Source: Deltaproteobacteria bacterium
Lineage (GTDB): Bacteria > Desulfobacterota > GWC2-55-46 > UBA9637
DNA length: 64,000 bases
NCBI GenBank assembly: GCA_016214995.1
Contig: JACRML010000058.1
Span: 4,194 to 68,193, forward strand
Direction: 5' to 3'
This document shows positions 53,483 through 63,170 of this stretch, one piece after another. Position 1 is the first letter of the stretch; each line of letters opens with the position of its first letter. Both the position numbers and the translations under genes were made by a program. A model generated the notes under the pieces. It had not been told where the DNA came from. It was given only the letters and a program-made list of their open reading frames with translations, and searched no databases.

Positions 53483-53716
53483 TTATTCAACCACGACATT
53501 GGTAAGGGTTTTCCTTACCCCTGCCACTCCCTGAATTTTCTTTATTACAACATCGCCCAAGACCCTGAAATTTGATGCAGTTACATAAGCAATAACATCA
53601 TAAGGGCCTGTTACGGCATGTGCCTCCCTTACGCCGCCTATATTGCTTATCTTATCTGCCGCTGACATTGACTTACCGTGTTCACATTCTATAAAGACAT
53701 AGGCTGAAACCGACAT
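53483..53716 (-). CDS. Stand-alone Lrp/AsnC-type ligand-binding (RAM) domain protein
   Basis: 77 aa. AYVFIECEHGK...VREAHAVTGPYDVIAYV pattern. Confidence 0.65.
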   Translation of the reverse strand: MSVSAYVFIECEHGKSMSAADKISNIGGVREAHAVTGPYDVIAYVTASNFRVLGDVVIKKIQGVAGVRKTLTNVVVE

Positions 53717-54050
53717 TATATCCTCCCGTTATCCCAAAAAATGCAGTTTTCGCATCATACTGCATTCTGTGAATATCTAGTCAGGAATATATTGTAAGTC
53801 TATATCAAACCTTATCGGTTGTCAATTATTTTACCACTTCCGGTAAAACCAATTTAGAAACATTTCCAAATTGGCTAAATAGGACATTATCATTTTGACG
53901 TTACACCCTGTTATAAAATATCCTTTTATAAAGCAACAGGGTAAAGGAAAAATTGATGTTATTTGGCGGGATAAAAACCAGACATGTAAGCAGCGCAGAA
54001 ACATATGGTGTGCCCATTGCTCTGCAATGGGCCAGACATTTTAAGCTGAA

Positions 54051-54905
54051 CTAATTCTCTAAATTTGCCAACATCTTAAGTTTCTTTATATTCTTAAGCT
54101 TTGTTACAGCCTCTTTTTCTATCTGCCGTACCCTTTCTCTGCTTACACAAAGCCTGTCTCCTATCTCCTGCAGAGTTAGGGAGGGTTCTTTCATCATCCT
54201 GTTTTCTATGACATATCGTTCTTTCTTGTTCAGAGTTGAAAGGGCATTTAATATCTCGTCCTTCACAACGTTTTGTTCCTGAACAGCCAGGGCAGCATCC
54301 TCCGGGTTAAGTGACGTATCGGGAAGCATATCAAGATATGTAGTTCCTTCCTCTCCCTGATTGGTCGAAACTTGATTATCCAACGATAGGTCGCGATATT
54401 CGGCATCCTCTCCCTTTTCCCAGTCACCTGTCACCAGATTCCCGGCGCCAGTTTCAAACCTTGCGTCTGATGACTTGTGACTTGTGTCTTGTAACTTGCG
54501 ACTCTCAAGCCGATAAAAAAGTTTCTTTTTAAGGGCAGCAACACCTTTATTAACAAGATTCCAATTCTTTAGTATAAACGCCTGAATATGAGACCTTATC
54601 CACCAAACTGCATAAGTGATAAGACGGCAGCCTTTGAAAGGGTCGAATTTCTTTACCGCCTTCATAAGCCCGATATTCCCCTCTTGTATAAGGTCAGCCA
54701 GCCTGAACCCATACTCCCTGTACTCCATTGCAATCTTCACAACAAATCTTAGATTTGAGGTTATAAGCTTATGGGCAGCATCAAGGTTGTTTTGTTTTCT
54801 GAAACGGACAGCAAGCTCAAACTCCTCTTTCATTGATAGAAGCGGGAACCTGTTTGCCTGAATAAGATATGATTGAATAGAATTTAATAGTACAATCTGT
54901 GTCAT
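54051..54905 (-). CDS. rpoH: RNA polymerase sigma-32-like factor
   Basis: Regions 2.1-2.4 (DLIQEGNIGLMKAVKKFDP..YAVWWIRSHIQ), an RpoH-box-like KKKLFYRL, and region 4.2 (LQEIGDRLCVSRERVRQIE). Confidence 0.75.
   Translation of the reverse strand: MTQIVLLNSIQSYLIQANRFPLLSMKEEFELAVRFRKQNNLDAAHKLITSNLRFVVKIAMEYREYGFRLADLIQEGNIGLMKAVKKFDPFKGCRLITYAVWWIRSHIQAFILKNWNLVNKGVAALKKKLFYRLESRKLQDTSHKSSDARFETGAGNLVTGDWEKGEDAEYRDLSLDNQVSTNQGEEGTTYLDMLPDTSLNPEDAALAVQEQNVVKDEILNALSTLNKKERYVIENRMMKEPSLTLQEIGDRLCVSRERVRQIEKEAVTKLKNIKKLKMLANLEN
54471..54509. repeat. Heptamer array GTGACTT/GTGTCTT/GTAACTT in frame in rpoH
   Basis: Encodes ESRKLQDTSHKSS just after the RpoH-box-like segment. Confidence 0.85.
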
Positions 54906-55078
54906 AATTCACACCCACTCTCAAAAAATATGAGGATAAGGTAACCAGCTAAACCTTATCATCAGTCAAAATTGAACTGAATATTGGCAAATCTTTTCAG
55001 GGGTTCTAAACATGATATGAATGAGCTAAGCAGAGAGATGGGTGGGGCAGAGGCATTGCTTTGTTCTGCCCCTCTCCT

Positions 55079-55515
<437 letters not shown>

Positions 55516-55520
55516 ATAAT

Positions 55521-56231
55521 TTAATGCGCTTCTTCCAATGCACTTCCAATATACATCATGCTGAGCAAGGAAAATATAAATGCCTGAATAAATGCCACAA
55601 GCACGCCAAGGGCAGTGGAAAGTGCCAGCAGCGGATAGGCCAGATGCATGAGCAAAAGCAGCACGCCAACAATAAGTTCATGTCCCATAATATTTCCAAA
55701 AAGACGCAAAGACAAGGAAACAGGCCTGACCAAATGGCTGATAGTTTCCACAAATATCATCAGTGGGGTCATAACTATCATGAGAATAAAGGGAAGCCCT
55801 CCAATTGGTCCTATAAAATGTTTTAAGTATTTAAAGCCATGTTCCTTTATACCTATTACATGGGTAGCTATAAACACAATTACAGCAAGACCAGCCGTGG
55901 TATTAAGATTTGCTGTGGGCGGAAGCAGACCCGGTATCAAACCTAAAATATTTGAAATAAGGATATATATGCCGAATGTTGCAATAAAAGGAAAATATTT
56001 CTTGCCGTGATGCCCCATGGTCTCTTCTACCAAATTCTTAATACCTTCGACAAAAAGTTCCGCAATACTTTGGACAACACCATTGGGGACTAATTGCAAT
56101 CTCCTTGAAACAAAATAACTAAACAGGCCAAGGCACAGAATAATATAGAGCATTATAGCAGTATGCGCCGGCAAATTAAACAAAGGGAGTATAATCTCTG
56201 GGTGCATATCAGACCAATTCCTTTTTTGCAA
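55521..56231 (-). CDS. atpB: F-type ATP synthase a subunit
   Basis: 236 aa, polytopic. Essential Arg context SLSLRLFGN. Confidence 0.88.
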   Translation of the reverse strand: MQKRNWSDMHPEIILPLFNLPAHTAIMLYIILCLGLFSYFVSRRLQLVPNGVVQSIAELFVEGIKNLVEETMGHHGKKYFPFIATFGIYILISNILGLIPGLLPPTANLNTTAGLAVIVFIATHVIGIKEHGFKYLKHFIGPIGGLPFILMIVMTPLMIFVETISHLVRPVSLSLRLFGNIMGHELIVGVLLLLMHLAYPLLALSTALGVLVAFIQAFIFSLLSMMYIGSALEEAH

Positions 56232-56610
56232 AATATATGGTGGATGCCATTGTAGCTGACATTATTATGCTGAAACCAATTATAAGCCCTACAGGGTTTG
56301 CGAGATTTTTTGAAACCAATACACCCACAACAAAGATTGTTGCAAAAAACCTTATATAATATCGTTTCATAATAAACAGATGTGCCTTGTCTGGCTTGAA
56401 TAAAAAACCGTTTTTTACAGTCCTTGCCATTATCGAAAGATTTATTATGCCGATGGCAGTTCCAATGAAAACACTTACAGCCGCAAAAACAGAAGCTGCC
56501 ATTGCACTGACAATAAAAGCAACTGCCGAGACAATTAAATTCCCCAATCCAACCTTCATAAATATTGGATAGAGCGCATTGAAATTAACCGTAATAGGTT
56601 TAGAAACCAT
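56209..56610 (-). CDS. atpI: ATP synthase protein I-like membrane protein
   Basis: 133 aa with four hydrophobic segments. Lies between atpZ and atpB. Confidence 0.45.
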   Translation of the reverse strand: MVSKPITVNFNALYPIFMKVGLGNLIVSAVAFIVSAMAASVFAAVSVFIGTAIGIINLSIMARTVKNGFLFKPDKAHLFIMKRYYIRFFATIFVVGVLVSKNLANPVGLIIGFSIIMSATMASTIYFAKKELV

Positions 56611-56818
56611 ATTTTTTTATCAATACATAGATATTTCTAAAACCGGCTGCTATGCCAATGAGCAGAAATACTATGGTAAACCATGGTTTTGTAGAAAATA
56701 CTCTGTCCAGATAAACGCCTATATAGAGACCTACAAAGGTAGCAACTACCAGGGATGTGCCGATAGACGACATCCATAACATCCTTTTAAGGAGACCTCT
56801 ATTGTTATCTTCACCCAT
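56600..56818 (-). CDS. atpZ: AtpZ/AtpI-family small membrane protein
   Basis: 72 aa with two TM helices. GTSLVVATFVGLYIGVYLD..PWFTIVFLLIGIAAGF pattern. Confidence 0.6.
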   Translation of the reverse strand: MGEDNNRGLLKRMLWMSSIGTSLVVATFVGLYIGVYLDRVFSTKPWFTIVFLLIGIAAGFRNIYVLIKKYGF

Positions 56819-56923
56819 GGCTACCTTAAAAAGTATTTATTTCTATCACGTATTAAAATTTAAGTCAATATTTTTTTGCCTTTTTTGCCTTTTGTGAGAA
56901 AATTTAAGGCAGAGACTTCTGTG

Positions 56924-56953
56924 GGCCCCAAAAATGCAACTGCATTTGGGGGG
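56924..56953. repeat. Palindromic hairpin of the CCCCAAAAATGCA-AC-TGCATTTGGGG family
   Basis: GGCCCCAAAAATGCAACTGCATTTGGGGGGA upstream of atpZ. Confidence 0.8.
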
Positions 56954-57000
56954 ATTGAGAATTTTATCAGCCTCAACCTTAATCTTGTTTTTTCTGCCTT

Positions 57001-58647
57001 TCATCTTAATAATTGTGTAACTTTCTTTTGACCGCCCACATCTTCAAACGGGAAATCCTTCCTATAAGGCACAACAGCAAGGCTTATATTGCCTATTTCT
57101 TTTATCTTGGTTAAAAGCCCTATCACTTCCTGATCTGGCAGGGGTTGCGACGTGTTCCAATCAATTGTCTGAAATTTCATCAGAACCTTTTGCGGCTCAC
57201 CGACCAGCCTGACCGCCTCGCTGGTCATATTTTGTATCAGGCTCTGTATCTCATAAGGTTCTTTTTTTAACTCATCATGCATCTGTCGATGATAGGCCAT
57301 TACCGCATAATAATCAAACCACTGCTTTACAGCCTCATCAAGGCTCTGGGAAAGCCATGCCATTGCGTAAGGAGGGTTTGAGATACTCTCATACATCAGA
57401 TTTATTACAAATTTTGCATTCGGGTTTTTCTTTTTTACAACTGCTTTAATTCTCATTGCAACCTGAAGCAGCCTTTTATTTTTCCACGCTGCCCATCTCC
57501 AGAACTCCGGAGCATATTGAGGGTTCAAGGGTTCAAGGGTTACAGAGTTCAAATTCTGCCCCATGTTATTATAAAGTTCAGCCGGTATAAGCCTCTTGTC
57601 GTTGTCCTTTTTATAAAACGCATCACTGTAAGAACCAAAACCTTCATTATGCTTTAAAACAAGGTCATCCTGAAAAAGTACGCCATCGATAGGATATTCC
57701 GCAAGGTCATTAAAGAGTTTTTCCAGATGATAAACAGCCGCTTCGTTAAAAAGGTCAAGTCCTTTGCAGGAAACAATATTTTTTGTATGAAAGTCGTACG
57801 CCTTGCAGCCAAGGTCTTTTCTATGTTCCAGGCCATAGTCAGCATATCTCGTTGTCATCCACGCAAATACCTTTAATCCTTTTTTATGCGCCATATCAAG
57901 AACAGTCCCAAGTATATCCTCAACTACCGGAGATTCTTTTGTTTTAAAATAGACCCCAACCTTGCTCCTCGGTTTTATAAATTGATAAAATCTATCTTCC
58001 TTATTATGGAAAACCCTTAAAATAATAGTATCTATGCCTGCCCCCTTTAACCTATCCAGTTCCTTATCAACTTCCTTATAGTTTTTCCCTTCAAACAAGG
58101 CAATCTGAACAGTCCGTAATGGTGACGAAAAACCTAGAGGTTGAGAGGTTAAGAGGTTGGATTGAACCTTTACTACCGGAAGTTTAGGCGCAGCAACAAA
58201 CTCTGCCTCTCCCTGCTTAAAACCTGCGGGGACATGTTTCAATTTCGCTTTAGCAATTTCCAATTTTAAAGATGCTTCTCTTTTAAACTCATTATCGGGA
58301 AAGTTCTTAATAAGCTGCTGCCATTGACCAACAGCCTCTTGATACATGGATGCATTGAGACACGCATCACCAATCATGTATTGGGCATGAGGAATAATCT
58401 GGCTACCCGGAAAATAATCTATTACCCTGCCGAACTCCCTGGCAGCAACCGTATAATGGCCCTGTTTATAAAGAAACATGGCGTAGTTGAACTGGTCTTT
58501 GTCTGTGAGGAAGGGACGATTCCCCTGAGCGTTTAGGGAAGATGCAAGAAGCAAGAGGCAAGAGGCAAGAGATAAGAGGTAAGAGACAAGATTTTTTTCT
58601 TGCTTCTTGCTTCGGACTTCTTGCTTCTTATTTCTAAAACAACACAT
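57001..58647 (-). CDS. Secreted TPR protein with C-terminal TIM-barrel glycoside-hydrolase-like domain
   Basis: Signal peptide ..LLLLASSLNA/QG. YbgF-like TPRs (AMFLYKQGHY..DNEF). The C-terminal region (GIDTIILRVFHN..GLKVFAWM) resembles GHL/PgaB-C-type domains. Confidence 0.4.
   Translation of the reverse strand: MCCFRNKKQEVRSKKQEKNLVSYLLSLASCLLLLASSLNAQGNRPFLTDKDQFNYAMFLYKQGHYTVAAREFGRVIDYFPGSQIIPHAQYMIGDACLNASMYQEAVGQWQQLIKNFPDNEFKREASLKLEIAKAKLKHVPAGFKQGEAEFVAAPKLPVVKVQSNLLTSQPLGFSSPLRTVQIALFEGKNYKEVDKELDRLKGAGIDTIILRVFHNKEDRFYQFIKPRSKVGVYFKTKESPVVEDILGTVLDMAHKKGLKVFAWMTTRYADYGLEHRKDLGCKAYDFHTKNIVSCKGLDLFNEAAVYHLEKLFNDLAEYPIDGVLFQDDLVLKHNEGFGSYSDAFYKKDNDKRLIPAELYNNMGQNLNSVTLEPLNPQYAPEFWRWAAWKNKRLLQVAMRIKAVVKKKNPNAKFVINLMYESISNPPYAMAWLSQSLDEAVKQWFDYYAVMAYHRQMHDELKKEPYEIQSLIQNMTSEAVRLVGEPQKVLMKFQTIDWNTSQPLPDQEVIGLLTKIKEIGNISLAVVPYRKDFPFEDVGGQKKVTQLLR
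57521..57556. repeat. Octamer array GGGTTCAA x3-4 in frame
   Basis: Encodes NLNSVTLEPLNP. Confidence 0.85.
58133..58168. repeat. Octamer array AGAGGTTG/AGAGGTTA in frame
   Basis: Encodes (V)QSNLLTSQPLG. Confidence 0.85.
58541..58629. repeat. Heptamer-armed hairpin (GCAAGAG x6 / TTCTTGC x4)
   Basis: Encodes the n- and h-regions of the signal peptide KKQEVRSKKQEKNLVSYLLSLASCLLLLAS. Same family as 36638-36717. Confidence 0.9.
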
Positions 58648-59989
58648 CCATCATCTCCTTAACCGATTTTACCCCAATCATCTCAAGCTTACCTTTGCCT
58701 TTTATCTTCGATAGATTATCCTTTGGCAGGATGCACTTATCAAAGCCCAATTTCTCCGCCTCGTTTATGCGTGGCTCTACCTGGCTTATACCTCTCACTT
58801 CGCCTGCCAGTCCCACTTCTCCGAACACCACAGTCTTCTGCGGTATGGCTTTGTCAAGAAAATTTGAGGCAAGCGAGGCTATAATGCCGAGGTCTATGGC
58901 AGGCTCTTCAAGTCTTATGCCGCCGGTTACCTTGAGGAATATGTCGTGGTTTTGAATGTTAAGCCCGCCTTTCTTTTCCAGCACTGCGGTAAGCAGAGCA
59001 ACCCTGTTGTAGTCTATTCCAACTACCGTTCTTTTGGGAATACCGAATATGGTGGGGCAGACCAAGGATTGAATCTCCACCAGAATCGGTCTTGTGCCTT
59101 CAAGGCTTGATACCACAACAGAACCGGAGGCATTCTGCGGCCTTTCTGCAAGGAACAGGGCGGATGGATTAGCAACCTCTTCAAGCCCCTTATCATGCAT
59201 CTCAAATACCCCTATTTCCATGACAGAGCCGTAGCGATTTTTTACAGCCCGGAGTATTCTAAACTGATGTCCCCTTTCGCCCTCAAAATAAAGAACAGTA
59301 TCTACCATATGTTCAAGCACCCTGGGCCCAGCGATAGAACCGTCCTTGGTCACATGCCCTACCAGAAAAAGTGGCATATCCATGCCCTTTGCATTAAATA
59401 TCAACTGAGATGATGTCTCCCGAACCTGGCTTACACTGCCAGGCGATGATTCAAGCGCCTGTGTATAAATGGTTTGGATGGAATCTATGATAAGAATCTC
59501 CGGCTTAAGTCTCTTTACGCTATCCAGTATCCTCTCCAGGGTATTCTCTGCATATATGAAGAGGTTTTCTGATGTTACGCCAAGTCTTTCACCCCTTATC
59601 TTTGTCTGCTTTGGAGACTCTTCGCCAGAAACATATAAAACCTTTTCTCCATTGCCAGCAAGCATCGCCATAGCCTGAAGCAGTAATGTTGATTTGCCAA
59701 TACCCGGATCTCCGCCTATAAGTATTGCAGAACCCAAAACAATTCCACCGCCAAGAACCCTGTCCAACTCCCCGATGCCTGTTTTAAACCTGTCCTCCTC
59801 TTTTACCTCAAGGGTTGTGATGGGCTGCGGCGAAGAACCTCCTTCAAAGACCTGAAGCCCCCTCCTCTCCTCAAATGCCTTTTCCTCAACAAAGGAATTC
59901 CATTGATTGCAGTCAGGACATTTGCCCAACCACTTTGGCAATTGATAGCCGCAGGATTGGCAGGTATATATGGTTCTGGTTTTAGCCAT
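58634..59989 (-). CDS. radA: DNA repair protein RadA/Sms
   Basis: Zinc finger CQSCGYQLPKWLGKCPDC, Walker A GDPGIGKST, the KNRYG motif and a Lon-like C-domain. ATG at 59989 (Met21 of the track ORF). Confidence 0.9.
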   Translation of the reverse strand: MAKTRTIYTCQSCGYQLPKWLGKCPDCNQWNSFVEEKAFEERRGLQVFEGGSSPQPITTLEVKEEDRFKTGIGELDRVLGGGIVLGSAILIGGDPGIGKSTLLLQAMAMLAGNGEKVLYVSGEESPKQTKIRGERLGVTSENLFIYAENTLERILDSVKRLKPEILIIDSIQTIYTQALESSPGSVSQVRETSSQLIFNAKGMDMPLFLVGHVTKDGSIAGPRVLEHMVDTVLYFEGERGHQFRILRAVKNRYGSVMEIGVFEMHDKGLEEVANPSALFLAERPQNASGSVVVSSLEGTRPILVEIQSLVCPTIFGIPKRTVVGIDYNRVALLTAVLEKKGGLNIQNHDIFLKVTGGIRLEEPAIDLGIIASLASNFLDKAIPQKTVVFGEVGLAGEVRGISQVEPRINEAEKLGFDKCILPKDNLSKIKGKGKLEMIGVKSVKEMMDVLF

Positions 59990-60007
59990 AGTATCAAGAC
60001 TCAAACT

Positions 60008-60074
60008 ACAGTGAATGGTATTTAGTGAATAGTAGTCGGCCGGCAGCAACTATTCACTGTTCACTATTTACTGT
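60008..60074. repeat. AGTGAAT/ATTCACT heptamer hairpin in the radA upstream region
   Basis: ACAGTGAATGGTATTTAGTGAATAGT-AGTCGGCCGGCAGCAA-CTATTCACTGTTCACTATTTACTGT. Confidence 0.8.
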
Positions 60075-60138
60075 TTTAATCATTTCTACAATTGACAATT
60101 AACCCTTTTCTGTTATTATAAAGGCAGTTTATTTCCTT

Positions 60139-61638
60139 ATGTCTGTCTCCTTAACAACTGAAATCATCCTAATAGAATTTTCCAAGACTGTCAAGGCTAT
60201 TGCCTTCTATCCCGAAGGGCATCCCAACCGTGAAGCAGTCGTGGAAAAAACCTTTAACCTCTTACAAGAGTTCATAAAGGAGAAGGGTAATATCAAAGTA
60301 GCCATAGAGCGCGCCGGCTTTCTGGAAGGAAAGATTCCCATATGCAGGAACCATAACCCTGTACAGGGGTTGGCAAAAGAACTATTTCTCAAAAGGGTGC
60401 GAGAGATTACATTTACAGAGGATGCAACGCTTAAGGAATGGAAGGACTTGACTTCAATTCTGAGTATGGATGCTGATAGCTTTAAAAAGGGAGGCGGCCT
60501 TGAGAAAATGCTGGTAGTTAAGGAGATTAAGGGCATCCAGCTCAATGAAATGAAATATGACGACATCCGGAAAAAGGTAATTGAAATTGAAGAAGCTAAA
60601 AAGGAGATGGAGATAGGGAAAGAAGAGGAAGCGGCAGAAGCAGAAATAGCGGAGGAAGGAGAAGAAGGGAAAAAAGAAGACGAGGTTATCCATAGCATAG
60701 AAGAGCAGCTTAAGGCCATCGAAGAAAAAAAAGAAACGCTTGAGATTTTGTTAGATAAGTTGGAAAAGGAAGAGGACACTGTTAGTTATAATGCCCTTGC
60801 ACAAAAAATAGCGGAAAAGATAAAACCAATGTATGAAGAATGCAATTGGGAAGGACTTTTCCCTGCCCTTGTAGTATTTGCCGCCCATTCTAATCCTGAA
60901 AGTCCGCGCCATCCTGAGCAAAAGACTATTGCATCTGACAGACTAAGGGAATTACTCCATAATTATATGATAGATTATCTGATAACAAGGCTTTGCAACC
61001 GCCGCGAGGAGAGACGTCAAGAGATTCAGGAGATGCTGCGCTTGTTAGGTGAGGAGGCAATGAAACAGCTGCTCACCAAACTTATTAATACAGAGGAGGC
61101 TCACACCAGACGTCAGATATTCAATATACTCACCATATTTGGTAAGATGGTAAGGATAGAAGCAGAAAAACAACTTGATGACGAAAGGTGGTTTGTGGTA
61201 AGGCAGATGGTATCGCTTCTGGGAGAAATAGGCTCACCACACTCTTTAGATGCTATAAAAAAGGCATTTGGTCATAGAGATGATAGAGTAAAAAAGGAGG
61301 TTTTGAAGACCATCGGCAAGATACAATCCAATGAAAGCGTTGTTTTCCTTTTGCAAAAGCTCGATGTGAGCAATACTTCAATCAAGATGCAGGCCGTCAT
61401 ATCACTCGGTACTCTGAAGGCTGCAAATGCTGTAGAACCATTAGGACATTTGGCATTAAAAAGAAGTTTTTCTGATGAAAATATAGAAATCAGAAAAGAG
61501 GCGGTAAGGTCACTCGGTATGATCGGCGGCGACAATGCAGCAGCCATTCTTAAAAAAGTGCTAAAGAAGCAATTTTTTTGGGGAAGAAAGCAAAACGACG
61601 AGATTCGGTCTGTTGCTGCGATAACGCAAGAGGAATGA
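60139..61638 (+). CDS. HEAT-repeat protein with N-terminal domain shared with the downstream HD-GYP protein
   Basis: N-terminal YPEGHP domain, acidic linker (EEAAEAEIAEEGEEGKKEDE), and C-terminal HEAT/PBS-lyase-like repeats (VRQMVSLLGEIGSPHSLDAI.., IRKEAVRSLGMIGG). Confidence 0.6.
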   Translation: MSVSLTTEIILIEFSKTVKAIAFYPEGHPNREAVVEKTFNLLQEFIKEKGNIKVAIERAGFLEGKIPICRNHNPVQGLAKELFLKRVREITFTEDATLKEWKDLTSILSMDADSFKKGGGLEKMLVVKEIKGIQLNEMKYDDIRKKVIEIEEAKKEMEIGKEEEAAEAEIAEEGEEGKKEDEVIHSIEEQLKAIEEKKETLEILLDKLEKEEDTVSYNALAQKIAEKIKPMYEECNWEGLFPALVVFAAHSNPESPRHPEQKTIASDRLRELLHNYMIDYLITRLCNRREERRQEIQEMLRLLGEEAMKQLLTKLINTEEAHTRRQIFNILTIFGKMVRIEAEKQLDDERWFVVRQMVSLLGEIGSPHSLDAIKKAFGHRDDRVKKEVLKTIGKIQSNESVVFLLQKLDVSNTSIKMQAVISLGTLKAANAVEPLGHLALKRSFSDENIEIRKEAVRSLGMIGGDNAAAILKKVLKKQFFWGRKQNDEIRSVAAITQEE

Positions 61639-61708
61639 GGAAACAGAAAAAGAGTTTTTCTAATTTCTAATTCCTAATTTCTGATTTTGAAATGGAGCGA
61701 ATCAACAT

Positions 61709-63058
61709 ATGCCAGATATAGAGATTGAAAACATAGATATCATACTCAAAAATATCAACAGCGGGATAAAAGGCAAAAAGCTTTACCCTGTCGGACATCC
61801 TGCAATTGCCGCTTCTATGACCAAGGCATACCAAACCTTGTCAGAACTCCTTAAAACAAATAATAAGATATTTGTCGGTATGGCAAAGGATGTTATGGTT
61901 TTTGAGGAAATACCTCTTATGGATGCCGAAAAAAACCTCGGAGAACTTATTCACCAGATAAATCAGCGAGAGATTGAGGGCATAATCTTTGAAAAAGGCC
62001 TCATACAGAAAGAGTTCTTTAGTTTTATAGATGTCCTGTCTGAAGAAAATGCCTTAAAAGGCAAAGAGCTTCAGAATATGCTGGCATCCAAAAATATTTT
62101 ACATATCACTGTCAAGTCAATCTCAAAACGGAATATATTAGAGGTATATAACGATGCGGTAAATATAGTTAAAGAGACCATGAATGAGATACGGATGGGC
62201 AAGGTGCCACAGAGCAAAGAGATAATACGGCTAACGGATGAAATGACAGAATTGGTGCTGACAAACAGAGACGCCATGATGGGACTGACCATGATAAAAA
62301 ACTATGACAATTATCTGTTTAACCATTCTGTCAATGTAAGTATCCTTTCCATTGCCCTTGCCCAGAGCATGAACTATCCAAAAGCTGACATCCATACTGT
62401 TGGTATCGGCGGTATGTTGCATGATGTTGGGAAAACGGGGGTTGCAGAAGATATTATCAGAAAACCGGCCGGGCTCTCCGGTGAAGAATGGGAAACAGTA
62501 AAACAACACCCTGTGCTGGGTTCAAAGATTACAGAAAAGATGGACGGTCTGGCAAGACTTGTCGGCCGCATTGTATATGAGCATCATATACGATACGACC
62601 ATTCAGGCTATCCGCATACTGAATCAACACTGCACCCGCTCGGCATGATAGTGACCATTGCTGATGCGTATGATGCCCTGACAACACTCAGGGTTTATCA
62701 GAGACCGTACCATCCTGTGGAGGCAGTAAAGGTGATGAACAACCTTTCAGGTAAACACTTTGACCCAAATACATTAAAAACATTTATGTCCATGCTTGGC
62801 TTCTACCCAATAGGGACGGTTGTAAGGCTTTCCACCAACAACATCGGCATAGTTACAAAGCTAAACCCTGCCAACAATCTCTCCCCTACGGTTAAAATCG
62901 TATTTGGAGAAGATGGGAAACAAATGGATAAGCCTTATGAGATAGATTTGTCTAAAGCCAGCGGCACACCTGCCATTGTAGCTTCAATTGATCCATTGAC
63001 AAAGGGGTTTGATATAGGGCAGTTTTTTGAAGAAGAGGCTAAAACCTTGACTCTATAA
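61709..63058 (+). CDS. HD-GYP domain protein (putative c-di-GMP phosphodiesterase)
   Basis: HSVNVS..GGMLHDVGK and EHHIRYDHSGYP motifs. Confidence 0.8.
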   Translation: MPDIEIENIDIILKNINSGIKGKKLYPVGHPAIAASMTKAYQTLSELLKTNNKIFVGMAKDVMVFEEIPLMDAEKNLGELIHQINQREIEGIIFEKGLIQKEFFSFIDVLSEENALKGKELQNMLASKNILHITVKSISKRNILEVYNDAVNIVKETMNEIRMGKVPQSKEIIRLTDEMTELVLTNRDAMMGLTMIKNYDNYLFNHSVNVSILSIALAQSMNYPKADIHTVGIGGMLHDVGKTGVAEDIIRKPAGLSGEEWETVKQHPVLGSKITEKMDGLARLVGRIVYEHHIRYDHSGYPHTESTLHPLGMIVTIADAYDALTTLRVYQRPYHPVEAVKVMNNLSGKHFDPNTLKTFMSMLGFYPIGTVVRLSTNNIGIVTKLNPANNLSPTVKIVFGEDGKQMDKPYEIDLSKASGTPAIVASIDPLTKGFDIGQFFEEEAKTLTL

Positions 63059-63074
63059 CTACATAGGTAGCATG

Positions 63075-63170
63075 AAAGTGTCTGAGAGTCAGGGTATCGA
63101 GGACTCAAAATTCTTACTTTGATACCCTGACACTTTGAGTCTACAAAAAAATGTAACTGCATTTCTTAGG
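63075..63170. terminator. Hairpins between convergent HD-GYP and epimerase genes
   Basis: AAAGTGTC(TGAGAG)TCAGGGTATC pairs with GATACCCTGACACTTT. Followed by a degenerate AAAAAATGTAACTGCATTT unit. Confidence 0.55.

Noticed and set aside
60207-60779. The 190-aa Ser-rich minus-strand ORF.
   Set aside because: It is antisense to the HEAT-repeat gene, including its Glu/Lys-rich acidic linker. GAA/GAG-rich codons read as TTC/CTC on the other strand, giving an artefactual open frame.
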